A stretch of 19,892 nt of DNA from an uncultured Actinomycetes bacterium (GTDB lineage Bacteria > Actinomycetota > Thermoleophilia > UBA2241), in contig CAVRZA010000009.1 of NCBI GenBank assembly GCA_963725665.1, positions 1-19,892 of the forward strand, in the 5' to 3' direction. Of the stretch, positions 1 through 8,264 are shown one piece after another (position 1 is the stretch's first letter; every line of letters begins with the position of its first letter). The notes below the pieces were generated by a model. It made no database searches. It was not told the DNA's origin and saw nothing but the letters and a program-made list of their open reading frames with translations. Made by a program: the position numbers and the translations under genes.

Positions 1-1269
1 CTCGAGCCAGCGGTCGTAGATGCGCTGATCGCACAATCCCGCCTGCCAGAAGTCGCGGTGGTGCTGCCGCGTGTACTTGCGCCCCAGGTGATCGCCGCCC
101 GGCCCCACGGTCATGATCTCGTCGAGGGCCAGCGTCTCGTCGTCCGTCGTCAGCCCCTTCATGAAGGCGCGCGCGTAGCCGATCAGCTCGTCGCCGATCA
201 GGATGGTCTCGTATGAGCTCTGCAGCCCCGTCTCGAGGTAGCCGACGTCGTGCAGGAGCGTGGCGCGCGACAAAGCGCCGAGCATGGTCGAAAAGGCCGC
301 CTCGGCAGTCCATTGCTCGTCGAGCAGCTTGGAGTCGGAGTGTCCGGCGTAGGCGAAGCTCGGCAGGCCGTACCAGCGCGAGAGGTCCGACTCCGCCTGG
401 TGACCGACGAAGATCTCCGGCGGGTTGTAGGTGTCGACGAAGGTGCGCATGTTCATCTTCCCTACCCCGCACCCGTAGACGAACGGCGCTCCGGCCTTCA
501 CGAGCTGGTGCACGACGAGACCCGAGAGCACCTCGGCGTTGCCGGTGACGGCGATGGCCCCGACCGAAGCCGGCGCGGTGGCGCCGACGCTCGGCGCCGG
601 AGCGTACACCAACGGGATGTCGAGCTCGGCGCATCTGATGAGCTTGTCCACGCCCTCGAAGTCGTGCATGAGCGGCGGCGTCGGCATCGCGTAGACGCCG
701 AAGCTGTCGCCGGCGCCGGCGGCCGCGGCCATCTCCTTCATGAGCGCCAGCGGCCGCGCGTCGCGCGTGGCCACGAGGATCGGCTTGCGCGTCGCCTTGA
801 GCATGGCCACGAACGGGGCCACGTCGTCGATCTCCTGTCCCACGTCCTCGGGGAGACCCATCGACATGACGAAGTCGATGTTGGGCAGCCTCTCGCTGAG
901 AGCGGCCATGCCCTCGATGTCGGCGACGCGGACGCGGCGTCGCTCGCCTGAGTCGGGATCGCGCATGAAGAGGCAGTCGGAGCCGGTGCCGAAGTAGGAG
1001 TTCTCGACGGTCAACTCGAGGTCGAGCTCGCCGTCTCCCCCGCGCGCCGCGATTCGAGACCGCCGTGGCACCGTTTCGAGCGCGCGCGCGACGAGCTCGC
1101 GGCCCAGGCGCACCCGCGTGCCCTCCACCCGCGCACCGACGTCCGCGAGCAGTTCGCGCGCGCGCTCGTGCTTTACCTCGACGCCGGTGCTCTCGAGCAC
1201 GGTGAGAGTGGCCTCGTGGACGCGGCGACAGTCGTTCTCGTCCCAGATCGACAGACGGGGGATGGTCAT
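1..1269 (-). CDS. Trimethylamine:corrinoid methyltransferase (MttB) superfamily protein, non-pyrrolysine; 3' end lies beyond the window edge
   Basis: Not in the ORF track because no stop occurs in the window. Manual translation from ATG 1269 (RBS AGGAGG upstream): MTIPRLSIWDENDCRRVHEATLTVLESTGV...YFGTGSDC...GATAPASVGA...GNAEVLSG...GAPFVYG...YGLPSFAYAGHSDSK...LHDVGYLETGLQSSYE...DETLALDEIMTVGPGGDHL, all typical MttB-family blocks. Confidence 0.92.
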   Translation of the reverse strand, partial: MTIPRLSIWDENDCRRVHEATLTVLESTGVEVKHERARELLADVGARVEGTRVRLGRELVARALETVPRRSRIAARGGDGELDLELTVENSYFGTGSDCLFMRDPDSGERRRVRVADIEGMAALSERLPNIDFVMSMGLPEDVGQEIDDVAPFVAMLKATRKPILVATRDARPLALMKEMAAAAGAGDSFGVYAMPTPPLMHDFEGVDKLIRCAELDIPLVYAPAPSVGATAPASVGAIAVTGNAEVLSGLVVHQLVKAGAPFVYGCGVGKMNMRTFVDTYNPPEIFVGHQAESDLSRWYGLPSFAYAGHSDSKLLDEQWTAEAAFSTMLGALSRATLLHDVGYLETGLQSSYETILIGDELIGYARAFMKGLTTDDETLALDEIMTVGPGGDHLGRKYTRQHHRDFWQAGLCDQRIYDRWLE

Positions 1270-1352
1270 GCGGCTGCCTCCTTCTGCTCGACGAGCGCTC
1301 CACATGGTGGGCGAGCGACGCGGCATGGACCAGCGATCCCGCCGCTCATTCA

Positions 1353-1382
1353 AGGATATCGAACGGCGAACCAGGGTGTCAG
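1353..1382 (-). promoter_or_regulatory. Putative sigma70-type promoter for the MttB-family gene
   Basis: Minus strand CTGACA-18 nt-TATCCT, ~85 nt upstream of the start codon. Confidence 0.35.
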
Positions 1383-1431
1383 CCCGTGCGCATCCGTGCC
1401 AGGTCCCGGCGGGCGACACAGGCCCCTGGCG

Positions 1432-1614
1432 TCACTTGACGCGGAACAGCAGCCAGACGACCAAGAAGCCGACGGCGACGGCGATGGCGGCCGACACGAA
1501 CGGCCACCAGAGGTGCCAGCCGCCGAAGAGGAGCAGACCGACGCCGACGAGCAGCACGTAGAGCGCAGCCGACACGACGATCCCTATCCACCTGATCCGC
1601 CGCGGACTCGGCAT
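1432..1614 (-). CDS. Small two-TM membrane protein (60 aa), hypothetical
   Basis: RBS GAGGAGG before the ATG; basic N-terminus followed by two hydrophobic stretches; co-oriented just downstream of the AKR gene. Confidence 0.7.
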   Translation of the reverse strand: MPSPRRIRWIGIVVSAALYVLLVGVGLLLFGGWHLWWPFVSAAIAVAVGFLVVWLLFRVK

Positions 1615-1644
1615 GACACCTCCTCGCGCCCCTGGCCCCCGAGC

Positions 1645-2661
1645 CTAGTGCCCCAGCCGCGGGCGCTCGCGCCCTCTGCCGGCCTGCGAGGCGATGACCG
1701 CCGTGGCGATGTCGTCGAGGTCCTTGTCGCTCAGGTCGAGGCTCGCGGCGCCGATCCAGCCGTCGACCTGCTCCGGCGAGCGGGCGCCGACGATGGCACC
1801 GGTCACGCCCTCCCACTCGAGGACCCAGCGGACCGCCACAGCCTCGACCGTCGCGCCGAGACGCTCGGCTATCGATAGCAGCAGGTCGCGCAGCGTCAGA
1901 TTGCGCGACAGAGCAGGCTCCTTGAAATCGTCGTCACGCTTGCGCCAGTCGTCGTCGGCCAGCGCCGCGACGCGCTCCTTGGAGAACGAGCTCGTGAGCA
2001 GACCCGACTGCATAGGGCTGTAAACGATCACCCCCGTGCCGTGCTGGCGGCACCACGGCAGCTCGCGGCTCGCCGCCTCGCGCTCGATGAGCGAGAACGG
2101 CGGCTGCAGGGAGTCGACGTGCCTGACGGCCTCGCAGCGGTCGAGCAGCTCGGTCGAGAAGTTGGAGACCCCGCACCAGCGCACCTTGCCTTCGTCGGCC
2201 AGCGCCGCCATCGTGGCCCACGACTCCTCGACCGGCACGCCGCTCTCGTCGGGCCAGTGGAACTGGTAGAGGTCGATGTGGTCCAGGCCGAGGCGGCACA
2301 GAGACGCCTCACACGCGCGGCGGATGGACGCCGGGCTGAGATCCGAGGGGGCGTCCTTCATGGGGTCGCTCTCATCCCACGCCGGGCCGCACTTCGTGAA
2401 GATGTAGGGACGCTCCGCCTCGGGCAGCGCGCGCACTGCCCTGCCGACGACTTCCTCGGAGTGCCCGTGCCCGTACACGGCCGCCGTGTCGATCCAGTTC
2501 ACACCCCGCTCCACCGCGTGTCTGACGGCCGCGACCGACTGGGCGTCGTCCTGCGGGCCCCAGCCGAACGCCCAGCCACCTCCGCCGAGCGCCCACGTGC
2601 CCAGGCCAAGGGTCGTGATCTGCGGCCCGTCCCGGCCGAGCCTGCGTATTCCCAGTGCCAT
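1645..2661 (-). CDS. Aldo/keto reductase
   Basis: Start reassigned to ATG 2661 (MALGIRRLG, AAGGAAGG upstream). Motifs GLGTWALGG, NWIDTAAVYG.GHSE, IFTKCG, LGLDHIDLYQFHWP, GVSNF, YSPMQSGLL, AIVGARSPEQ. Confidence 0.93.
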   Translation of the reverse strand: MALGIRRLGRDGPQITTLGLGTWALGGGGWAFGWGPQDDAQSVAAVRHAVERGVNWIDTAAVYGHGHSEEVVGRAVRALPEAERPYIFTKCGPAWDESDPMKDAPSDLSPASIRRACEASLCRLGLDHIDLYQFHWPDESGVPVEESWATMAALADEGKVRWCGVSNFSTELLDRCEAVRHVDSLQPPFSLIEREAASRELPWCRQHGTGVIVYSPMQSGLLTSSFSKERVAALADDDWRKRDDDFKEPALSRNLTLRDLLLSIAERLGATVEAVAVRWVLEWEGVTGAIVGARSPEQVDGWIGAASLDLSDKDLDDIATAVIASQAGRGRERPRLGH

Positions 2662-2745
2662 CGACCTACCTTCCTTGTCCGTCTTCGAGACCGCCGGCGC
2701 CTGGGCGTCCGAAGCCCTATCCTTTTTGTACCCCACGGCACGACC

Positions 2746-2751
2746 AGTATA
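2746..2751 (-). promoter_or_regulatory. Putative -10 element (TATACT) for the AKR gene
   Basis: AGTATA on + strand = TATACT on - strand in a GC-rich intergenic region; no good -35 element. Confidence 0.3.
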
Positions 2752-2789
2752 GTCGGCCACCGGCGACGGGCGGCCGCGGACTGGGGTCG

Positions 2790-2817
2790 TTGACAGCGTG
2801 GGCGCTTGTGCTACAGT
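2790..2817 (+). promoter_or_regulatory. Sigma70-type promoter of the arsR-dehydrogenase operon
   Basis: TTGACA (2790-2795), 16 nt spacer, extended -10 TGcTACAGT (TACAGT at 2812-2817). Confidence 0.7.
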
Positions 2818-2821
2818 GCAC

Positions 2822-2841
2822 ATATTCGCATATCCGCATAT
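2822..2841. promoter_or_regulatory. Imperfect palindromic operator, probably bound by the ArsR-family regulator
   Basis: ATATTCGCATATCCGCATAT matches its reverse complement at 16/20 positions; AT-rich and located at the expected transcription start. Confidence 0.6.
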
Positions 2842-2920
2842 ACTTTCCTGCGGAATGCAGGCAGAACGACCGCACGTGCTCGCCGTCGGCGACGGCCTGC
2901 CAGAGGAAAGGAGCCGCCCC

Positions 2921-3307
2921 TTGGAGGACCACCCGAAGCTGGACGCCCGCCTCGAAGCCGAAGTCAACCTGCTGCACGCCCACGTCTGCCAGGCGCTCGC
3001 GGACCCCAAGCGCATCCTCATCCTCTACGCCTTGGCCGACGAACCCCACTACGTGAGCGAGCTCGCCGAGTTCCTCGACACACCGCAGCCGACCGTGTCT
3101 CGCCACCTCAAGGTGTTGCGCGACCAGTCGCTGGTGGCCGCCGAGCGCTCCGGCTCGTCCGTGCGTTACTCGCTCAGCGACCACCGCGTGATCGACGCCC
3201 TCGACCTGCTGCGCGGCGTCCTCATGGGCGCGCTGGAGCAGCAAGCGCAGTTGGCACAGGTCTTCGCCGCGCCGTCCGCCGCCGACTCCTCCCCAACCAA
3301 CCCGTAA
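2921..3307 (+). CDS. ArsR/SmtB family transcriptional regulator
   Basis: TTG start 7 nt after AAGGAG; motifs CQALADPKRILIL, VSELAE, QPTVSRHLKVLR, ERSGSSVRYSL (winged HTH). Confidence 0.9.
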   Translation: MEDHPKLDARLEAEVNLLHAHVCQALADPKRILILYALADEPHYVSELAEFLDTPQPTVSRHLKVLRDQSLVAAERSGSSVRYSLSDHRVIDALDLLRGVLMGALEQQAQLAQVFAAPSAADSSPTNP

Positions 3308-3319
3308 GGAAAGCGAGCC

Positions 3320-6300
3320 ATGAGCCTTTCGACGCCGCAAAAGAACGACCTCGAGGCGCTCTTCGGCGAGCGCGTCACCTTCGAGCGCCTCGAGCGCAAG
3401 CTCTACGGCCATGACGTGGCCGCGATGCCCAACCTCATCAGGCCACTGGTGCGCGACACGACGCCCGACGCCGTCGTCCAGCCGCGCAGCGAGGAGCAGC
3501 TCGCCGAGCTCGTGCGCTGGGCGAACGAACACCGCATTCCACTGACGCCTCGTGGCAAGGCCTCGTCAGGGTACGGCGGCGTGATCCCCGTGAAAAACGG
3601 CGTCGTCGTCGACTTCTACTTCATGAAGAAGGTCCTCGCCGTCGACGCCGACGCTCAGACGGTGACCGTCGAACCGGGCACCACCTGGGAACAGCTCGAC
3701 CGCGAGATCAAGAAGCAGGGCCTCACACTGCGCACCTACCCGACCAGCTACCCCAGCTCCTCGGTCGGCGGCTGGCTCGCCCAGGGCGGCGCCGGCATAG
3801 GGTCCTACGAGTACGGGTTCATCGCCGAGAGCGTGCTCGCGGCGCGCATCGTCCTCCCCAGCGGCGAGATCCGCGACGTCACCGGCGAGGATCTCCAGCT
3901 CATCGCCGACGCCGAGGGCATCACCGGCCTGATCAGCCAGGTGACGGTCAAGCTGCGGGCGCTGGTGGACGAGGACGTCATGTCCGTTGCCTGCTCCGAC
4001 GCCCACGACCTGCAGGACCTCCTGCAACGCATCCACGCCGCCGACCTGCCCATCTGGTCGATCACCTACATCAACCCGCGCATGGCGGAGATGAAGAACC
4101 GCGCGCCGCTCCTGGAGCACAACGGGCACCCGGTCGAGGAACGCGTCCTGCTCCCCGCCGCCTACATCGTCACGCTCGCCTTCGCCAAGGCCGACCGCGC
4201 CAACATCGAGGCCCAGCTCGAGCTGCTGGTGAAGCCCTGCCAGGCCGAGATCCTCTCGCAGCGCATCGCCGACCACGAGTGGGAGCACCGCTTCAAGTTC
4301 ATGGTCGTCAAGCGGCTCGGCCCATCACTCGTGCCGAGCGAGGTCGTCGTCCCGCTGGCCAAGCTCGGCGACGTGATGGAGCAGATCGAGCGCAAGATCG
4401 ACCAGCCGATCGTCAAAGAGGGCGTCGTGATCAGGAAGGGCCCCAGCGGAGAGCCGGAGGCCGTCATCCTCGGCTTCATCCCGGCCGACCAACGCAAGTT
4501 CAGCTACAACTACATCTTCGGCCTGGTGCTCACCGTGATCAAGATCGCCGAGGAGAACGGCGGCCGCCCCTACGCGACCGGCGTCTACTTCGCCAGCAAG
4601 GCCGCCGACGTCCTCGGCGCCGAGCGCGTCGAGCGCATCGCCGCCTTCAAGAAGCAGGTCGATCCCAACGGCATCCTCAACCCTCAGAAAGTCATCGGCA
4701 ATGGCCTCCTGGGCAAGGCGCTCTCGTTTGCCGGCCAGGTCGAACCGGCGGTACGCCCCTTCGGCAACCGCGTCATCACCCACGTCGGCGAGCGCCCGAC
4801 CGAGCCCGTGAAGGGCATCCCGGCCGACGTCGCGTGGTACGCCTACTCCTGCTCGCAGTGCGGCTACTGCATCGACCAGTGCGACCAGTTCTACGGCCGT
4901 GGCTGGGAGAGCCAGAGCCCGCGCGGCAAGTGGTTCTGGCTGCGTGAGTACATGGAGGGCCGCGAGAAGTGGAACCAGAAGATGGTCGACACGATCATCA
5001 CCTGCACCACCTGCGAGCTGTGCAACCAGCGCTGCTCGGCCGCCTTGCCCATCGAGCCGAGCTGGATGAAGCTACGCGGCGTGCTCATCGAGGACGAGAA
5101 GCGCATGACGCTGCCGCCCTTCGAGGTGATGAGCGCCGCGCTGCGTGACCAGGGCGACATCTGGGCCGGCTACCGCAAGGACAGGGCCAACTGGTTCCCC
5201 GAGGACCTGCTCGAGAAGCACGGCCCCGGGCACGCGTCGGACACTGTCTACTTCGGCGGCTGTACGGTCGCCTACGTCGAGAACGACATCGGCATCGGCG
5301 CCGTGCGCCTGCTCGACGAGGCCGGCGTCGACTTCGCCTACCTGGGCGACAAGGAGCTCTGCTGCGCCACGCCTATGCTCGTCGCCGGCAAATGGGACCA
5401 GTTCGAGCAGGTCATGCGCGCCAACATCGCCAATGTGGTGGCAGCCGGCGCGCACACGGTGACCACGAGCTGCCCCGCCTGCGACATGATGTGGCGCAAC
5501 GTCTATCCCGAGTGGGCCGAGAAGCTCGGCATCGACTACCCGATCACGGTGAAGCACTACACCGAGATCATGGCCGAGAAGATCGCCGCCGGTGAGTTCG
5601 CCTTCCCCAAGGCGAAGAGGGGCGCCAAGAAGCAGAAGGTCACCTGGCACGACTCCTGCCACATCGGCCGCGCCAGCGGCGTCTACGAGCCGCCGCGCGA
5701 GCTCATCAAGGCCATCCCCGGCGCCGAGTTCGTCGAGCTCCCCTTCAACCGCGAGGAGGCGCACTGCTGCGGCAGCGTGCTCACCCTGCTGAAGGACCCG
5801 GCGGTGGCGGCCGACATCGGCGACGAGAAGCTCAAGGAGGCCGAGGAGGTCGGCGCCGAGAAGATCCTCGCCCTCTGCCCCTGCTGCCAGTTCCAGCTCC
5901 GCGTGAGCGCGCAGGCCAAGGGCAAGGACATCGTCGTCGAGGACCTGGCCCACTTCGCCTGCTCGGCGCTGGGCCACGAGCTGCCCGACCCCAACCCCGA
6001 GGTACAGAGGCAGTGGGCCGTGTTCGAGGCGATGATCCCTCTCATGACGCCCGAAGGGGTTCGCCGACCTCATGGGCACCATGTGGCCGGAGCTCATCGA
6101 CGCCATGCCCTACGGGATGGACAAGATGATGCGTCGGATGGCGAAGGTACCGGGTGCGCTCGAGGCGATGAAGCCGATGTTCCCGATCCTCTTCCCCAGG
6201 CTCCTGCCGCTGATGATGCCCAAGGTCATGCCCACGATGCTCGAGCGCATCGCCGAGCGCGTGCCGATGCCCGACTACATGGCGGAGCAGTTCCCGGGCA

Positions 6301-6698
6301 TGATGCCTGAGATCATGGATAACCTCATGCCGCACATGATCAAGGACATCGTGCCGCTCGTGACCGACCCGATGATCGCCTACCTCAAGAGCGAGGCGGC
6401 CCAGAACGGGAGCGGCGGCGGTGCGCCAAGCGCGGCGTCCGCCGGACCCGACGAGGCGGGCGCGCCGGCGCAGGCCGGCGCGCCGGACGAGGCGAAGACC
6501 CCCGGCACGACCAGCGCATCCGGGGATGCGAGCGCTTCAGCGAAGACCGGCGGCGGCAACGGCGGCTCGTCCGCGACCGGTGGCGCAGGCACGATCCGCG
6601 AGACGGGTAAGACCGTGGCCGCCGACGCCGCGACCGGCGAGGTCGCGGAGCCGGCCACGGAGACAGCTAGCCCGGACGAGACGCCCAAGACCGACTAA
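3320..6698 (+). CDS. FAD-binding + 2x[4Fe-4S] + CCG-domain oxidoreductase (GlcD/GlcF-like alpha-hydroxyacid dehydrogenase fusion), with an apparent one-base insertion at 6056-6059
   Basis: PDAVVQP, TPRGKASSGYGG, SVGGWLAQGG, DPNGILNPQK (FAD-oxidase); CSQCGYCIDQC and CTTCELCNQRC (ferredoxin); ELCCA, SCPAC, HDSCH, HCCGS, LCPCC (CCG domains). Removing one G from GGGG joins the 3320 ORF to the 6072-6698 ORF (MTPEGFADLMGTMWP), giving ~1125 aa. Confidence 0.88.
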
Positions 6699-6729
6699 GG
6701 GCGTCCGCCCACGAAAGACGAACGCCCGC

Positions 6730-6765
6730 GAGGGCGGGGAGCGCCGGAAGGCGCTCCCCGCCCTC
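6730..6765 (+). terminator. Intrinsic terminator-like hairpin after the dehydrogenase
   Basis: Perfect 16-bp stem GAGGGCGGGGAGCGCC/GGCGCTCCCCGCCCTC with a GGAA loop, ~30 nt after the stop; short TTGT tail. Confidence 0.75.
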
Positions 6766-6890
6766 TTGTCGATCGCCCTCGCGAGCGTCGTCGCGGACAC
6801 GCCAGCCACCAGCTGACGCAGCGGTCGCCCCGTTGTCGCGCGAAGAGAGGGTCACAAACGCCGCCGCTAAGGGAATAGAGCAGCGTCACA

Positions 6891-6950
6891 CGGCGGCACA
6901 GCGTTAACGGCGGCGGCACAGCGTTAACGGCGGCGGCACAGCGTTAACGG
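6891..6950. repeat. Perfect tandem repeat, 3 x 20 bp (CGGCGGCACAGCGTTAACGG)
   Basis: Units at 6891-6910, 6911-6930 and 6931-6950 are identical, with no spacers. Confidence 0.97.
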
Positions 6951-6985
6951 CGAGTGATCTGTGACCGCGACGACGGACCGAGGCC

Positions 6986-7492
6986 ATGACCACTCGCTTC
7001 TCTCTCCGCACGAGGCTAGACGTTCCGCGCCAGGGATGGCTCTTTCTCTACGTCCCCGATGAGCTCCTCGGCGACGTCAGAAGGAGGGTCTGGCTGCGGG
7101 GGACACTGAACGGTAAACCGTTCGCTGCCACCGCGAATCCCTGGAAGAACGGCACGCACGTGGTCACCGTTAACCGTCAGATGCGCGCCTTTCTCGGTAT
7201 CGATGGTCCAGTCGCGGTCGAGCTCGAGGCCGAGGTCCTCGACGTGCCGATCCTCGACATCGAGATCCCCACCGACTTGCTGGAAGCGATCCAAGGCGAT
7301 GCTGCCGCGTCCGAGACTTTCGCAGGACTACCCCCCTCGCATCAGAAGGAGTTCGTGTTCTACCTGGACGAAGCCAAACGGCCGGCGACGCGCGCAGCCC
7401 GGATCCGTATGAGCGTCGCCATCCTGCGGAAGGGTCGCCACCTGTGGGAGAGCCCTGCCCGCATGTTCGCCGATGACTTGAAGGAGCTGTGA
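6986..7492 (+). CDS. YdeI/OmpD-associated family protein (DUF1905 + OmdA domain)
   Basis: N-terminal RVWLRGTLNGKPF...VNRQMR (DUF1905-like); C-terminal IPTDLLEAI...FAGLPPSHQKEFVFYLDEAKRPATRAARI (OmdA). Confidence 0.85.
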   Translation: MTTRFSLRTRLDVPRQGWLFLYVPDELLGDVRRRVWLRGTLNGKPFAATANPWKNGTHVVTVNRQMRAFLGIDGPVAVELEAEVLDVPILDIEIPTDLLEAIQGDAAASETFAGLPPSHQKEFVFYLDEAKRPATRAARIRMSVAILRKGRHLWESPARMFADDLKEL

Positions 7493-7523
7493 CCTGACCA
7501 TGTGGGTGACGCGAGGAGAAGAG

Positions 7524-7592
7524 ATGACCAGAGCCCACGCGCCTGCTGGAGGTCCTTCGCACGGTGAGGACCAGACTCCAGGAGCGCTGTGA
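7524..7592 (+). CDS. Putative 22-aa micro-ORF translationally coupled to the DUF1697 gene
   Basis: GAGGAG at 7513-7518, ATG 7524, MTRAHAPAGGPSHGEDQTPGAL, TGA 7590-7592 overlapping the next ATG (TGATG). Confidence 0.35.
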   Translation: MTRAHAPAGGPSHGEDQTPGAL

Positions 7593-8134
7593 TGAGCACG
7601 TTCGTCGCACTCCTGAGGGCCGTGAACGTGGGCGGAGTGAAGGTCGCCATGGCCGAGCTGCGCGGCAGCCTGGAGGGCCTCGGACTGACGGGCGTGCAGA
7701 CCTACGTGCAGAGCGGCAACGTCGTGTTCGACGCCGCCGACGACGATCCCGCACTACACGCCGCGGCGATCCGGGGTGCGATCGCGCGCGCCTTTGATCT
7801 CGACGTGAAGGTGCTCGTCCTTAGCGCGGCGCAGCTGGCGCGCATCACGAGCGCGAACCCGTTCCTCGTTGCCGGCGCGGACCCGAGATTCCTCCACGCG
7901 ACGTTCCTCTTCAAGTCGGTGACAGAGTCCAGCTTCGCCGCACTCGCACTGCCTACACAAGGGGACGAGCAGGCCGCGCTGGGCGCGCAGGTGGTCTATC
8001 TCCACGTGCCACACGGCTACGGGCGCTCGAAGCTCAGCAACGCCTACTTCGAGCGCGCATTGCGCACCGCGGCCACCACCCGTAACTGGCGCACGGTGAC
8101 GACGCTCGTGGAGCTCAGCTCGCGAACCATCTGA
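7592..8134 (+). CDS. DUF1697 domain-containing protein
   Basis: Signature FVALLRAVNVGG...MAELR...VQTYVQSGNVVF...ANPF...TTRNWRTV; AGGAG 7 nt before ATG 7592. Confidence 0.92.
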   Translation: MSTFVALLRAVNVGGVKVAMAELRGSLEGLGLTGVQTYVQSGNVVFDAADDDPALHAAAIRGAIARAFDLDVKVLVLSAAQLARITSANPFLVAGADPRFLHATFLFKSVTESSFAALALPTQGDEQAALGAQVVYLHVPHGYGRSKLSNAYFERALRTAATTRNWRTVTTLVELSSRTI

Positions 8135-8264
8135 ACGCCCGCGGTAAGCACTAGCTTCATAGGGTTTTGGTCTGCGCCCCTCGAGGTACCACCGGAGAAA
8201 TCGTGCAAACGGCCGCCGCCGGCCTCCGACTGCTCGGACAGCGGCCTCACCAACGGGAGTAGCC

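Noticed and set aside
1-1269. Pyrrolysine (TAG) recoding in the MttB homolog
   Set aside because: No in-frame TAG; the equivalent codon is CAC (His).
213-1878. Several + strand ORFs at the left end
   Set aside because: Antisense to the MttB-family, membrane-protein and AKR genes; Arg-rich with no family signal.
2662-3021. N-terminal extensions of AKR (458 aa) and ArsR (from 2798) in the ORF track
   Set aside because: They overlap each other and the promoter/operator; RBS-supported starts lie at 2661 and 2921.
6060-6310. His/Arg-rich C-terminus of the 996-aa ORF as a metal-binding tail
   Set aside because: Out-of-frame reading caused by the extra G; the +1 frame has proper codon usage.
6866-6890. 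Cobalamin riboswitch suggested by AAGGGAA
   Set aside because: No recognisable B12 box or other core elements, and the downstream gene is unrelated to B12.
6891-6950. CRISPR array
   Set aside because: Repeats are contiguous with no spacers, only 20 bp long, and no cas genes are present.
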